Origin: a virus
Lineage: Duplodnaviria > Caudoviricetes
DNA: 64,000 bases
IMG/VR virus record: IMGVR_UViG_3300031867_000044
Span: 3,226 to 67,225 of that record
Direction: 5' to 3' (one strand)
Shown one piece after another: positions 54,952 to 63,481 of the stretch. The notes beneath the pieces are model-generated. The model was not told where the DNA came from and made no database searches. It saw nothing but the letters and a program-made list of their open reading frames with translations. The position numbers and the translations under genes are program-made. The first letter of the stretch is position 1. Every line of letters begins with the position of its first letter.

Positions 54952-55633
54952 GGATGTCTTTTCGGGTTAATACTGTGCTTTTTTCGATGGCGTTTAGCTG
55001 TGCCTCGTCGAAGATGCCACGGCTCTCTACGATGTCGAGCACCTCATCAAACGCATTCTCTATATGTTTGTCGGAAAGCGACGTGGTGACGTAACGAGGA
55101 AAGAGCCGTCGGATGATATTATCTGTCTGCTGGGCGACGGATGCCATGCTTGCATAGCCAAAGTACGCTGAGAAGTCGGCGTGACGCGCCTTGTAGAAGT
55201 CGATAACTTGTAAGTAGAGATGTGATGCCGTAACGAACATCATGCGTGCGGTGACTAGCCTTGCAAGGAGCGTGTGGTCAACAGTTGCCGTCTTTCCATT
55301 GGAGAAATACTTGCGTAGCGCGTCGCAGAGGGCATCGGTCTTTGGCTCCAGCATCTTATACACCTCATTGCAATAATCGACGTAGAAAGCGTGATAAGTC
55401 ATTCGTGCATTCTTAGACAGGAATTGATAATACTCGTTCCAGAGCCTGTTGTACTGTTCGATGTCGCGCTTGATGAATCGTCCTCGGTTCAGCTCTTCAA
55501 TCATATCGAGTGCTTTGAGCATTTCCTCGTTTCCAGCGTAGTTGATGGTGTGCACGGGTTGAATACGGGCGCAGGCATCGCTGAACAACTGCGCTTGCTC
55601 TGGCGTTAAATCTGCTATCTTTACTTTTGGCAT
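54923..55633 (-). CDS. hypothetical protein
   Basis: Start reassigned to MPKVKIADL. Confidence 0.7.
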   Translation of the reverse strand: MPKVKIADLTPEQAQLFSDACARIQPVHTINYAGNEEMLKALDMIEELNRGRFIKRDIEQYNRLWNEYYQFLSKNARMTYHAFYVDYCNEVYKMLEPKTDALCDALRKYFSNGKTATVDHTLLARLVTARMMFVTASHLYLQVIDFYKARHADFSAYFGYASMASVAQQTDNIIRRLFPRYVTTSLSDKHIENAFDEVLDIVESRGIFDEAQLNAIEKSTVLTRKDIHDNNATQTT

Positions 55634-55774
55634 GATTGTTATTTTTGTGTGTTCCCGTCGAGCAGGAGATTGCTTGAATACTGGTACATGGCTTTCACCA
55701 CTTCTGTGTTTGCCATGCCACACTTACGGGCTATGTCAGGAATAGCCCTCTGAATATAGCCAAGGAGTTCTTTA

Positions 55775-56098
55775 TTATCCATTATCTTTTTCTTTATATT
55801 CAGCAGATAATATTATTTCATAAAGAGAGCCAGCAAACGTAGAGACAAATATTTCGTCTTCACTCAGTTCACTTCTTCCCATATTATCAAGGATGGTGTG
55901 TACCATCTCATGCAAGAAAGTATTGTTTTTGCTGGAGTCTGATTGCAATTCGCCTCTAAATGTATCGGCTATCTTTATGTATCCTGATGCCAAGCAACAT
56001 TCTCCAAGTTTGCCCTCTAGATTAGGGACATTACTAATAGTAACTTCTTGCCCTCCAACCCTATACTTAATAGGTATTTCGAATTGTCTTGCTTCCAT
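55775..56098 (-). CDS. HExxH zincin-like metallopeptidase
   Basis: NTFLHEMVHTILD...E..V. Confidence 0.65.
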   Translation of the reverse strand: MEARQFEIPIKYRVGGQEVTISNVPNLEGKLGECCLASGYIKIADTFRGELQSDSSKNNTFLHEMVHTILDNMGRSELSEDEIFVSTFAGSLYEIILSAEYKEKDNG

Positions 56099-56099
56099 C

Positions 56100-56333
56100 T
56101 TAGTCCATTGTGTTTAGAATGCTGTCTTGTACTTCCCACATCATCTGCCTCATACGCTGCTGGCAGAAGCGGCAGTTGCCTTTGTGGACTATTACGCACC
56201 CATAAAAGTTTTCGTTGCGTATATATTCGCAGCTATCAATAATGACTATATCATAGCCATCTACACTACTTATAGATTTATCGCACCCCACCATTATCAT
56301 GGCTGAGAGTGCCAGTAATACTAGTTTTTTCAT
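56100..56333 (-). CDS. small lipoprotein
   Basis: Lipobox MKKLVLLALSAMIMVGC; DSCEY...HKGNC. Confidence 0.65.
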   Translation of the reverse strand: MKKLVLLALSAMIMVGCDKSISSVDGYDIVIIDSCEYIRNENFYGCVIVHKGNCRFCQQRMRQMMWEVQDSILNTMD

Positions 56334-56335
56334 TA

Positions 56336-56892
56336 CTATTCTTCTTTAATCAATTTAAGTTGTTCTTTCGCATTGTGGGCAGTATTCTCTACCCATTTCT
56401 TACAGTTGTTCTTTGGTCTCAGATATTCCTTAGAACGCTTGCCAGCTACGCAGATTACTATATCGGGCATTGCATCTACATAGAACAGACAGGTTTCACA
56501 AGTATGTTCCATTTCAGTAGTCCTTTATGTTCAGGAAATACTCACAGCCCTCAGTAACAGGTTTCTCTGGATAGTAGAAACTTGCTGTTGTCCAGCCGCT
56601 ATTCTTAATCTCTTTTCCTAACCAATACCGATAACATTGGTCTTTCTTCTTGCAATGATGTTGTGAACAGTGCATGTAATCTCTACAATATGTTGGCATA
56701 ATATTATTTCCTTTCCTTAATTAAAGCACTACAATCTACTGGATAAGCCGCATTTCCTATTGCCCTTATATTCATGGGAGAATAGTCCTCTCCTGCAAAT
56801 AGCTTAATGAGTGCAATAGCCTCTTCTATTGTATCTGCAACAACTAGCTTGTTGTCTATTTCCCATACTTTTGTTATTGTCCATCCGTCCAT
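56336..56892 (-). CDS. three small ORFs (56336-56512, 56514-56699, 56704-56892), two of them Cys-rich
   Basis: Tightly packed AT-rich ORFs. Confidence 0.55.
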
Positions 56893-56895
56893 AAT

Positions 56896-57282
56896 CTATT
56901 CCTCATTTGGTAAACCTAAATCAAGCCAAAACTTCACATCTGGTATGTTCCAACCACCTTTGTCATAGGTTTTCGGTGTATAGTGTTCAACCTTACCAGT
57001 TGTAACACTCTTGCCATCCCAACCATTAGGGTTAGGGCGATGAGCTATAGCCACTCTCATCATATCAGCAGTTTCGGGAAAGTCCTGTATGAATACTACG
57101 ACTTCACGTTCATACTCTGGGAGATAGTCACCATCGGCAGGATGCCATAGGTTACTTTGTCTCCATTCAGCACCTGCTTCAAATGCCAACATTAACTCAT
57201 ACTCATCATTATATAAAGGATAATCGTCTACTGACAATCTTTCTCTTGCATAACTTACCGCTTCCTTTTCTTCTTTTGTCAT
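56896..57282 (-). CDS. DUF551-like hypothetical protein
   Basis: AFEAGAEW, LWHPAD..LP. Confidence 0.55.
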   Translation of the reverse strand: MTKEEKEAVSYARERLSVDDYPLYNDEYELMLAFEAGAEWRQSNLWHPADGDYLPEYEREVVVFIQDFPETADMMRVAIAHRPNPNGWDGKSVTTGKVEHYTPKTYDKGGWNIPDVKFWLDLGLPNEE

Positions 57283-57285
57283 AGT

Positions 57286-57564
57286 TTATTTCCCCACTGC
57301 TTTCTTAAAACGTTCTACAAACTCTTTAGTACCCAACCCTATACTCTCATCATAGCGATGGAGATTGGCTGAGAGCCATTCAGTAGCCTTGATAAGCCAC
57401 TTATCATCATTTACCTCTTTCACTTCAAGAGTGTCGAGGAAAGAAAGAAAGTCTTTTAACTCAAACTTTACAGCAGTCTCTCTTTCATTTAGTGTTGAAT
57501 GAAGTGCTTTTATCCTTCTCTTCATCTCCGCCACTACAGCGGATTTGTCTATGTATTGTGCCAT
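57286..57564 (-). CDS. hypothetical protein, paralog of 58511..58942
   Basis: QYIDKSAVVAE...LDTLEVKEV. Confidence 0.7.
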   Translation of the reverse strand: MAQYIDKSAVVAEMKRRIKALHSTLNERETAVKFELKDFLSFLDTLEVKEVNDDKWLIKATEWLSANLHRYDESIGLGTKEFVERFKKAVGK

Positions 57565-57565
57565 A

Positions 57566-57979
57566 TTAAATCAAATTTTCAAGACAAAACTTTAATGCTG
57601 CTTCAACTGCATCTTCATAATCAGTGTGATGAGCAATCTCATTTGGCACTATTATTGTTGACGCATGACTATATATGTAAATTTCAAAAGTATCTATATA
57701 CCCCTCCCAATGGTCTGCATGATAAGCATCAATAACAATGAGTATTTTATGTACTTCTCTCAACCAAGCCATTGCCATTTGAATAGTTGGTGCGGAGCAT
57801 AAAAATCCCTCATCCACAAAATCATTGTTATAGGGTTGGGCAGTCCACTCTTCAAGCATAACAATAGGGTTGTTGTTATCATCAAATTCATAATGATAGC
57901 CACCTCTGCATTTCTCATTAAACCCTTTTTCTTTAAGCAGCTTTGCTACTTCATAAGAACAATAATCTTCCGTAATCAT
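57566..57979 (-). CDS. hypothetical protein, paralog of 59133..59525
   Basis: YCSYEVAKLLKEKGF...APT.QMAMAWLRE...VEAALK. Confidence 0.75.
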   Translation of the reverse strand: MITEDYCSYEVAKLLKEKGFNEKCRGGYHYEFDDNNNPIVMLEEWTAQPYNNDFVDEGFLCSAPTIQMAMAWLREVHKILIVIDAYHADHWEGYIDTFEIYIYSHASTIIVPNEIAHHTDYEDAVEAALKFCLENLI

Positions 57980-57991
57980 AACTTATGATTT

Positions 57992-58351
57992 TTATTTATA
58001 CATTCCTTTTGGTGCTTCAATTGCAATATCTCTTTCAATTAAACCTCGATAGTCAAAATGATATTTATTAAGCCAATCTATAGATTTATATGTGTACTCA
58101 CTATATCCTGTTTCTTCATTATATTGCAGTGTATTTTGATAAAATAATAGCCTTTCTTCCTCAGTCATACTTGACATTGGACGGAGATAGGGTTTGCCTT
58201 CTGCACTATCAAACATTATATCATGTAGACTACCTATCCCCATTTCTCTTGTTATAGAGGTATTCTTATCATATTCTAGATGTACAATTACTCCATATGG
58301 AAGTCTTGCACATAAATCCCTAATTAACAGTTCCTTATCATTCTGTCTCAT
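57992..58351 (-). CDS. hypothetical protein
   Basis: RLPYGV...KPYLRPMSSMTEEE...HFDYRGLI. Confidence 0.75.
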   Translation of the reverse strand: MRQNDKELLIRDLCARLPYGVIVHLEYDKNTSITREMGIGSLHDIMFDSAEGKPYLRPMSSMTEEERLLFYQNTLQYNEETGYSEYTYKSIDWLNKYHFDYRGLIERDIAIEAPKGMYK

Positions 58352-58510
58352 AATTTATTCTACTTTATTCAAACTTCTGTCCTGTCAGTAATTCCCAACA
58401 GGTTTTAAAACCTTCTTGGTAAGCATCCATAATAATATGTGTCATATCAGTTACTTTCGGAGTAATTTTATTGTACCCCTCTTGCATTTTCTCTCTTACT
58501 TCTTCTTGTG

Positions 58511-58942
58511 TCATATCTTATTTATCCATCTATTTAATAGTTCCTCTAGTTCCTCTTTAGAAAAAGATTTATTAATTTGTTCAGCTTCCACACCAGCTAG
58601 AAAAGCTTGCCCTTCCATCTCTTTAATTGTTTCAAGAGAGTGGAGTGCTTGCCAATGAGCACCTGCTTTAAATGCATCTCTTACAGCATCAACTGCTGCC
58701 TTAGAAGCAATACTGTTTGAAAAATCTGGTGCATATTCTTCTGCTGCTTCTTCCAAATCCTCGTTAACAGGCTCTTCTTCCACCTCTTTCACTTCAAGGG
58801 TGTTGAGGAAAGGAACGAGTGCTTCCAACTCTTTTATCTGAAGGTAATTAAAATCCCTATCATTGTTTAGAGCTTTTAATCGTTTCTCTATCTCCGCCAC
58901 TACAGTGGCTTTGTCTATGTATTGTTTCATACTTTCATCCAT
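58511..58942 (-). CDS. hypothetical protein
   Basis: QYIDKATVVAE...LNTLEVKEV...AFKAGAHW. Confidence 0.7.
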   Translation of the reverse strand: MDESMKQYIDKATVVAEIEKRLKALNNDRDFNYLQIKELEALVPFLNTLEVKEVEEEPVNEDLEEAAEEYAPDFSNSIASKAAVDAVRDAFKAGAHWQALHSLETIKEMEGQAFLAGVEAEQINKSFSKEELEELLNRWINKI

Positions 58943-59130
58943 TTAATTATATCTTCTTGTGGTATCCATTCCTCAAAATATACCTTATAGTTCCTTACAA
59001 TAGATATGAGGAATTTGTTATCAGAGTAGATAGCCTCAAATATATACCCCATATCCGTCATAACTATGAGTCTATATGGGGAATCTGGTTTAATGGTCGT
59101 TGAGTACCATTTCTTTCGCTTTAGTTTCAT
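58927..59130 (-). CDS. hypothetical protein
   Basis: 67-aa ORF in the operon. Confidence 0.55.
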   Translation of the reverse strand: MKLKRKKWYSTTIKPDSPYRLIVMTDMGYIFEAIYSDNKFLISIVRNYKVYFEEWIPQEDIIKWMKV

Positions 59131-59132
59131 AA

Positions 59133-59525
59133 TTAAATAAATTTTTCAAGTGTATATTTTAATGCTGCTTCAACAGCTTCTTCGTAAGAATCAACATATA
59201 TATTACTTATATAATAGTTTCCATTATTATCAGGTGTATGATTATATATTTCGTATCTAAAAACTTCTCCTGTACAAGCTTCAATTATTCGTATAAAAAT
59301 TCTTTTTTCTTCTCTCAACCAAGCCATAGCCATTTGGTGAGTAGGCGCTGGATAAGCGTCTTTATGCGGTTTTGCTCCATATAAGGTATTTATAGTTTTA
59401 CCATTCGGCGAATATTCTTTATGTATTTCAGTATTACTGCCAAAAGAACCATCACCATATACATCAAAACCCTTTTCTTTGAGAAGCTTACTAACTTCAA
59501 AAGAACAATATGCTTCTTTAATCAT
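59133..59525 (-). CDS. hypothetical protein
   Basis: YCSFEVSKLLKEKGF... Confidence 0.75.
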   Translation of the reverse strand: MIKEAYCSFEVSKLLKEKGFDVYGDGSFGSNTEIHKEYSPNGKTINTLYGAKPHKDAYPAPTHQMAMAWLREEKRIFIRIIEACTGEVFRYEIYNHTPDNNGNYYISNIYVDSYEEAVEAALKYTLEKFI

Positions 59526-59528
59526 AAT

Positions 59529-59822
59529 TCATTCTCCTTTCATATAAGTTTTGAAATCTTCTGCTAATTTTACGAAGTTAATATCGTCTTCTCCAAATTC
59601 GAAAGTTAGATACCAATCACTACCACCTTTACGAAGCCAATCGCAAGCCTTCTCAATAAAGGCATCATAACGAGTATACTCAACATCTGTCTCCCAAAAC
59701 TTATGTTCATTGAATACAACAAGTTCGCTATATTCGCATAGCTCTTTATAGTCTTCCTTTTCAAATCTCTCTTCGGACATTTCATCGAAACTGAGGTAGA
59801 TTTTATCGGGTAGATTCTTCAT
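59529..59822 (-). CDS. hypothetical protein
   Basis: PDKIYL...FIEKACDWL. Confidence 0.65.
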   Translation of the reverse strand: MKNLPDKIYLSFDEMSEERFEKEDYKELCEYSELVVFNEHKFWETDVEYTRYDAFIEKACDWLRKGGSDWYLTFEFGEDDINFVKLAEDFKTYMKGE

Positions 59823-59826
59823 AACT

Positions 59827-60672
59827 TTATCCTCCTATTCTTTGTTTGAGAGATTTGAGCCAATCAATACAATCTCTTACCTCGGTAATATCTGCATAAT
59901 ATTTTTTGGCTTCATTCAAATACTCGCATATTTTTTGTACCTTAAACATATCCTCTTCACTCCAAACACAAGCAGGTTTATCATACATTGCTTCCTTTGC
60001 TTCTGCTGAAATCATACGCTTTGGCTTTTTCTCTGAAAACACAACGGGCTTAGTAGGATATGGAGAACCATTTTCTTTTATAGCATAACCACTAATTATT
60101 TCACAACTATTTGCCTTAACGTAGTCAATATGATTTGGTTCATCTTCTATTCCATACCATATTATCCCCATGTTTTCTTTTATCTCAAGAACATTATACT
60201 CTCTGCCTGCATATTTAATCTTAAACTTTGGTTCAACCTTATCAGCAGGCTTCTGTTCGCTGTCTTCTATTGGCTCAAAACATTCATAACAGAGGTTCAT
60301 CAGGTTACAAAGAAAGTTATCTACAGGTTTGTATATGTTCCCTCTCCTAAACGTAGAGTATCTTGGTGAAGCAATACACTTATATTTTTTGCCAAGCTGA
60401 ATTTTATCAATAGGTTTATGATTACCTTGCTTTTCAAGCCAAACAAGTACATCCCGATTAGTTACACCATTTCTAAGTTCTGTATCTTCTGGCATATCGC
60501 CAAGATAGAAGATTAATTCCTTCTTTATTCTCTCATCCTCTGACTCTGCGAGTTCGGGGAAAAGGTCATATACAACACAGCAAAAGCGTTCATCCTCACA
60601 TTCAGGGTCAGATGCTGCTTTTTTCAGTACTTCCATTACGTTCTTGTATTTTTCTTTGTATTCCATAATCAC
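59827..60672 (-). CDS. mosaic hypothetical protein
   Basis: Modules FPELAESEDERIKKELI, EQKPADKVEPKF and WSEED. Confidence 0.75.
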   Translation of the reverse strand: MIMEYKEKYKNVMEVLKKAASDPECEDERFCCVVYDLFPELAESEDERIKKELIFYLGDMPEDTELRNGVTNRDVLVWLEKQGNHKPIDKIQLGKKYKCIASPRYSTFRRGNIYKPVDNFLCNLMNLCYECFEPIEDSEQKPADKVEPKFKIKYAGREYNVLEIKENMGIIWYGIEDEPNHIDYVKANSCEIISGYAIKENGSPYPTKPVVFSEKKPKRMISAEAKEAMYDKPACVWSEEDMFKVQKICEYLNEAKKYYADITEVRDCIDWLKSLKQRIGG

Positions 60673-60719
60673 AACATTTTAAGTCCGTGTAGTCTATAAT
60701 TATTTTATTTTAAGATAAA

Positions 60720-61004
60720 TTACTCGCACCCGTACTTGTCGCACCAGGCTTGTTTGTCGTCGCAATATCGACGGTTATCGGCAACCCACTTTTGGTCGGT
60801 GATTTTCACTACGTCGTACCACGGCGCATTTGGTTCGACTTCAATCTCCACGTCGCCGTACTTGGTGATGAGTTGTTGTTTGACTTCTTCTAGCATCTTC
60901 TCATTGCGGATAACTTTCTGCGCGTCTGATGCGTCGTAGTGCATGCAGAAGTGGTCTGCGCCTTGCTTCAATGCCATGCTGAATGTTAGTTCTGATAGTT
61001 TCAT
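60720..61004 (-). CDS. hypothetical protein, duplicate of 63192..63476
   Basis: MKLSELTFSMALKQGAD...WCDKYGCE. Confidence 0.75.
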   Translation of the reverse strand: MKLSELTFSMALKQGADHFCMHYDASDAQKVIRNEKMLEEVKQQLITKYGDVEIEVEPNAPWYDVVKITDQKWVADNRRYCDDKQAWCDKYGCE

Positions 61005-61115
61005 GATTTACGCGTAATTAAGTTTTTTAATTCTTCCAGTTCACTCTCGGTCAGCCATACATCTGCATCCTTGATGTAGAGGTGGTACAGCCCAGCGTCA
61101 CGAATGAGGCGAATA

Positions 61116-61547
61116 TCAGGTTTTATCATTGCGCCTCCTTTCGTTTTCGTAGTTCATCAGTATGGCAATAACACTTGCGGCACGCTCGTATGTGCTTGCG
61201 CCTTCTATCTCATTCCAATGTTGTGACAGGTGGTCGGCGAGTTTCTTCATACCGCCTAACTTGGCGATGGAAACGTTCTCTATATCGCCAGCCTTATAGA
61301 GCTTGAAGATATATTGTAGGTATTCTGCGGAAGTCCACGAGTTGGGTTGCAGTGCGCTGTGGTTCTTTGTTACCACGAACACACCTTCCTGCCACGAATG
61401 AGCTTCAAAAATCATTTGCACAGGCTCATATCGCTTTCCAACCCTGCGATAGAGTGCGTTGTCGTACTTCGGACGCTCAGGCTCTTTCCATTCCTGGTAT
61501 CTGCCATTTGGCAGACGCTCATAAAGTTTTGGTCTGTCTTGTTTCAT
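61116..61547 (-). CDS. hypothetical protein
   Basis: 143-aa ORF in the operon. Confidence 0.65.
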   Translation of the reverse strand: MKQDRPKLYERLPNGRYQEWKEPERPKYDNALYRRVGKRYEPVQMIFEAHSWQEGVFVVTKNHSALQPNSWTSAEYLQYIFKLYKAGDIENVSIAKLGGMKKLADHLSQHWNEIEGASTYERAASVIAILMNYENERRRNDKT

Positions 61548-61552
61548 CTTAT

Positions 61553-61849
61553 TTAAAAATTTATTGTTAAAGACTTATCTCTTTCCTTTTTCCGTTGTTG
61601 CGGATAGTGTTCTTTCTTATAAGGACAGTCGGCTTTCTGCGTTGCATCGTAAGTTCGTAGGCTTACCGGTTCATTCCCGTAACCCATCCATTGTGTCCCA
61701 ATCTCATCGAATATTCGGCAGCGAGAACGTGTATATTCCGATGAGTTGTCTGATTTGGGGCGCGATGATTTAATGCACTTGTCACAGTTTCGCTCCATCC
61801 ACCATGCGGCTTCAGAACCGCAGGAGAAGCAGGGGCGTGTCGTTTTCAT
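61553..61849 (-). CDS. Cys-rich hypothetical protein
   Basis: WMERNCDKC...C...C. Confidence 0.65.
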   Translation of the reverse strand: MKTTRPCFSCGSEAAWWMERNCDKCIKSSRPKSDNSSEYTRSRCRIFDEIGTQWMGYGNEPVSLRTYDATQKADCPYKKEHYPQQRKKERDKSLTINF

Positions 61850-62100
61850 TTCGTCTCCTTCCTTTCTAGCATTTTGTCTATGAAGTCACGGATGTGCAGG
61901 ATTGGGAACTTGTAGCCGTTGATGGCGCATAGGTCAATCTCGTGCTCTATCATGCGGAAGGCTTCGGTCATGCCCTCCTTGTATGCTTTACCCTCGGAGA
62001 TAACCTTGTCAAAGATGTCATAAGTGTGGCCGTACTTAGCTATTCTCTCCTCATACCTTTTCCGCCTAAAGGCTTTCATCTTTTGATTTATCGTTTTCAT
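61846..62100 (-). CDS. hypothetical protein
   Basis: Start reassigned to MKTINQK. Confidence 0.55.
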   Translation of the reverse strand: MKTINQKMKAFRRKRYEERIAKYGHTYDIFDKVISEGKAYKEGMTEAFRMIEHEIDLCAINGYKFPILHIRDFIDKMLERKETK

Positions 62101-62293
62101 ACTGTCCGAATGGTTTATCGTAGTGTAATAGTTCGTATGTTTCTTCTTTGGGTATGCCGCGCTCCCGATAGTCGAGGTCGGCAATCATGCGGATGCGTGC
62201 ACGGGCGTTGAGCCTATGCCGCATCTTGCATTCAAACCAGAGCTGGCGCATAAGGTCAGCCCTGCGACGTGTGTAATGGTCGATGTTGGTCAT
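62066..62293 (-). CDS. basic hypothetical protein
   Basis: 75-aa ORF. Confidence 0.55.
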   Translation of the reverse strand: MTNIDHYTRRRADLMRQLWFECKMRHRLNARARIRMIADLDYRERGIPKEETYELLHYDKPFGQYENDKSKDESL

Positions 62294-62406
62294 TGTTGTT
62301 TCTTTGTTTTTAATGAATAATTTTCAGTGCGATGGTATCGCACCATACAGGACGGTTAGAGGTCGTGCTCCACTTGCTCGATGGCCTCCTGCTTCTTGTA
62401 GGGTTG

Positions 62407-63075
62407 TTATAGGTCGAACAATGATGTCTGCTTGATGACGTGACCGTCTTTGGTGACGATTTCGCCCTTGCACTCACGATTGAAACGCTCGCAACCTTTG
62501 TCGAAGTATTCCTTGTCGAGTTCGCAGCCCACGTAGTCGAAGCCCATCTTGTAGGCTGCGATACGGCTTGACTGACTGCCCATCATGGGGTCAAAGATGC
62601 GGTCGCCCGGCTTGGCGTAGTTCTTCAGCAGCCATGCGTACAGGGCGACAGGCTTTTGAGTGGGATGGATGCGGATTTCTTCAGCGTTCTGTTTCATTGG
62701 CGAATAGCGGAATATCTTGGCGGTCTTATCGTCGAAGTTCGACAATGCCAATTCGCACATCGCAAACGATAGGGCTTCAGGTTGATTCTTGTCCCATACT
62801 ACCCACGCTTTCGAGCAGACGGGGATGCGGTCGATGTAATGGTTTGCACCCCATAGGATGAAGTGGTCGCATACACGTTGTAACTCGTCGAACCATTCCT
62901 TATCGGGTGCCGACGTGTCCCATTCTTTGTATTCGCGTCCCTTTTCCTTCACAAGTCTGCCCGATGAATTGATGTCTATCCCATACGGCGGGTCGGCAAT
63001 CGCCAACTGAAACGCCTTGTCGGGCAATGTCCTCATGTATTCGAGGCAGTCAGTGTTGAATACTTCGCTTGTCAT
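62407..63075 (-). CDS. orphan N6A/N4C DNA methyltransferase (beta class)
   Basis: ADPPY, HPTQKP, and motif I variant DPMMGSQS. Confidence 0.9.
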   Translation of the reverse strand: MTSEVFNTDCLEYMRTLPDKAFQLAIADPPYGIDINSSGRLVKEKGREYKEWDTSAPDKEWFDELQRVCDHFILWGANHYIDRIPVCSKAWVVWDKNQPEALSFAMCELALSNFDDKTAKIFRYSPMKQNAEEIRIHPTQKPVALYAWLLKNYAKPGDRIFDPMMGSQSSRIAAYKMGFDYVGCELDKEYFDKGCERFNRECKGEIVTKDGHVIKQTSLFDL

Positions 63076-63100
63076 ATAATTCGTTTAATTCGTTTTACAG

Positions 63101-63129
63101 GCCGCGGCATAACCACGGCATACGGGGAA
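63101..63129 (+). repeat. hairpin repeat family, copy 12
   Basis: GCCGCGG-CATAA-CCACGGC-ATACGGGGAA, antisense to local transcription. Confidence 0.65.
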
Positions 63130-63191
63130 TTTATTTGCGTAATGACGGGCCGCTGAAACATACCGTCGTGGTGATGGTAGTTGCTTAATGG

Positions 63192-63476
63192 TTAATCGCA
63201 TCCGTACTTATCGCACCATGCCTGTTTTTTGTCGCAGTAGGCTTTGTGGTCGGCCTGCCAGCGTTCGTCGTTGATGGTGACAACATGGAACCAGGGAGCG
63301 TCTGGGTTGACGATGATGTCTACGTCGCCGTACTTATCCATGAGCTGTCGCTTCACTGCGTCGAGCTGTGCTTGGTTGTTGACTTGACGCTGACTGTCGC
63401 TAGCGTCGTAGTGCATGCAGAAGTTGTCTGCGCCTTGCTTTAAGGCCATGCTGAATGTTAGTTCTGATAGTTTCAT
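63192..63476 (-). CDS. hypothetical protein, duplicate of 60720..61004
   Basis: MKLSELTFSMALKQGAD...WCDKYGCD. Confidence 0.75.
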   Translation of the reverse strand: MKLSELTFSMALKQGADNFCMHYDASDSQRQVNNQAQLDAVKRQLMDKYGDVDIIVNPDAPWFHVVTINDERWQADHKAYCDKKQAWCDKYGCD

Positions 63477-63481
63477 AGTTG

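Noticed and set aside
15054-63129. CRISPR array or mini-array made of the hairpin repeats
   Set aside because: Copies are kilobases apart with variable stems, there is no repeat-spacer periodicity, and there are no cas genes.
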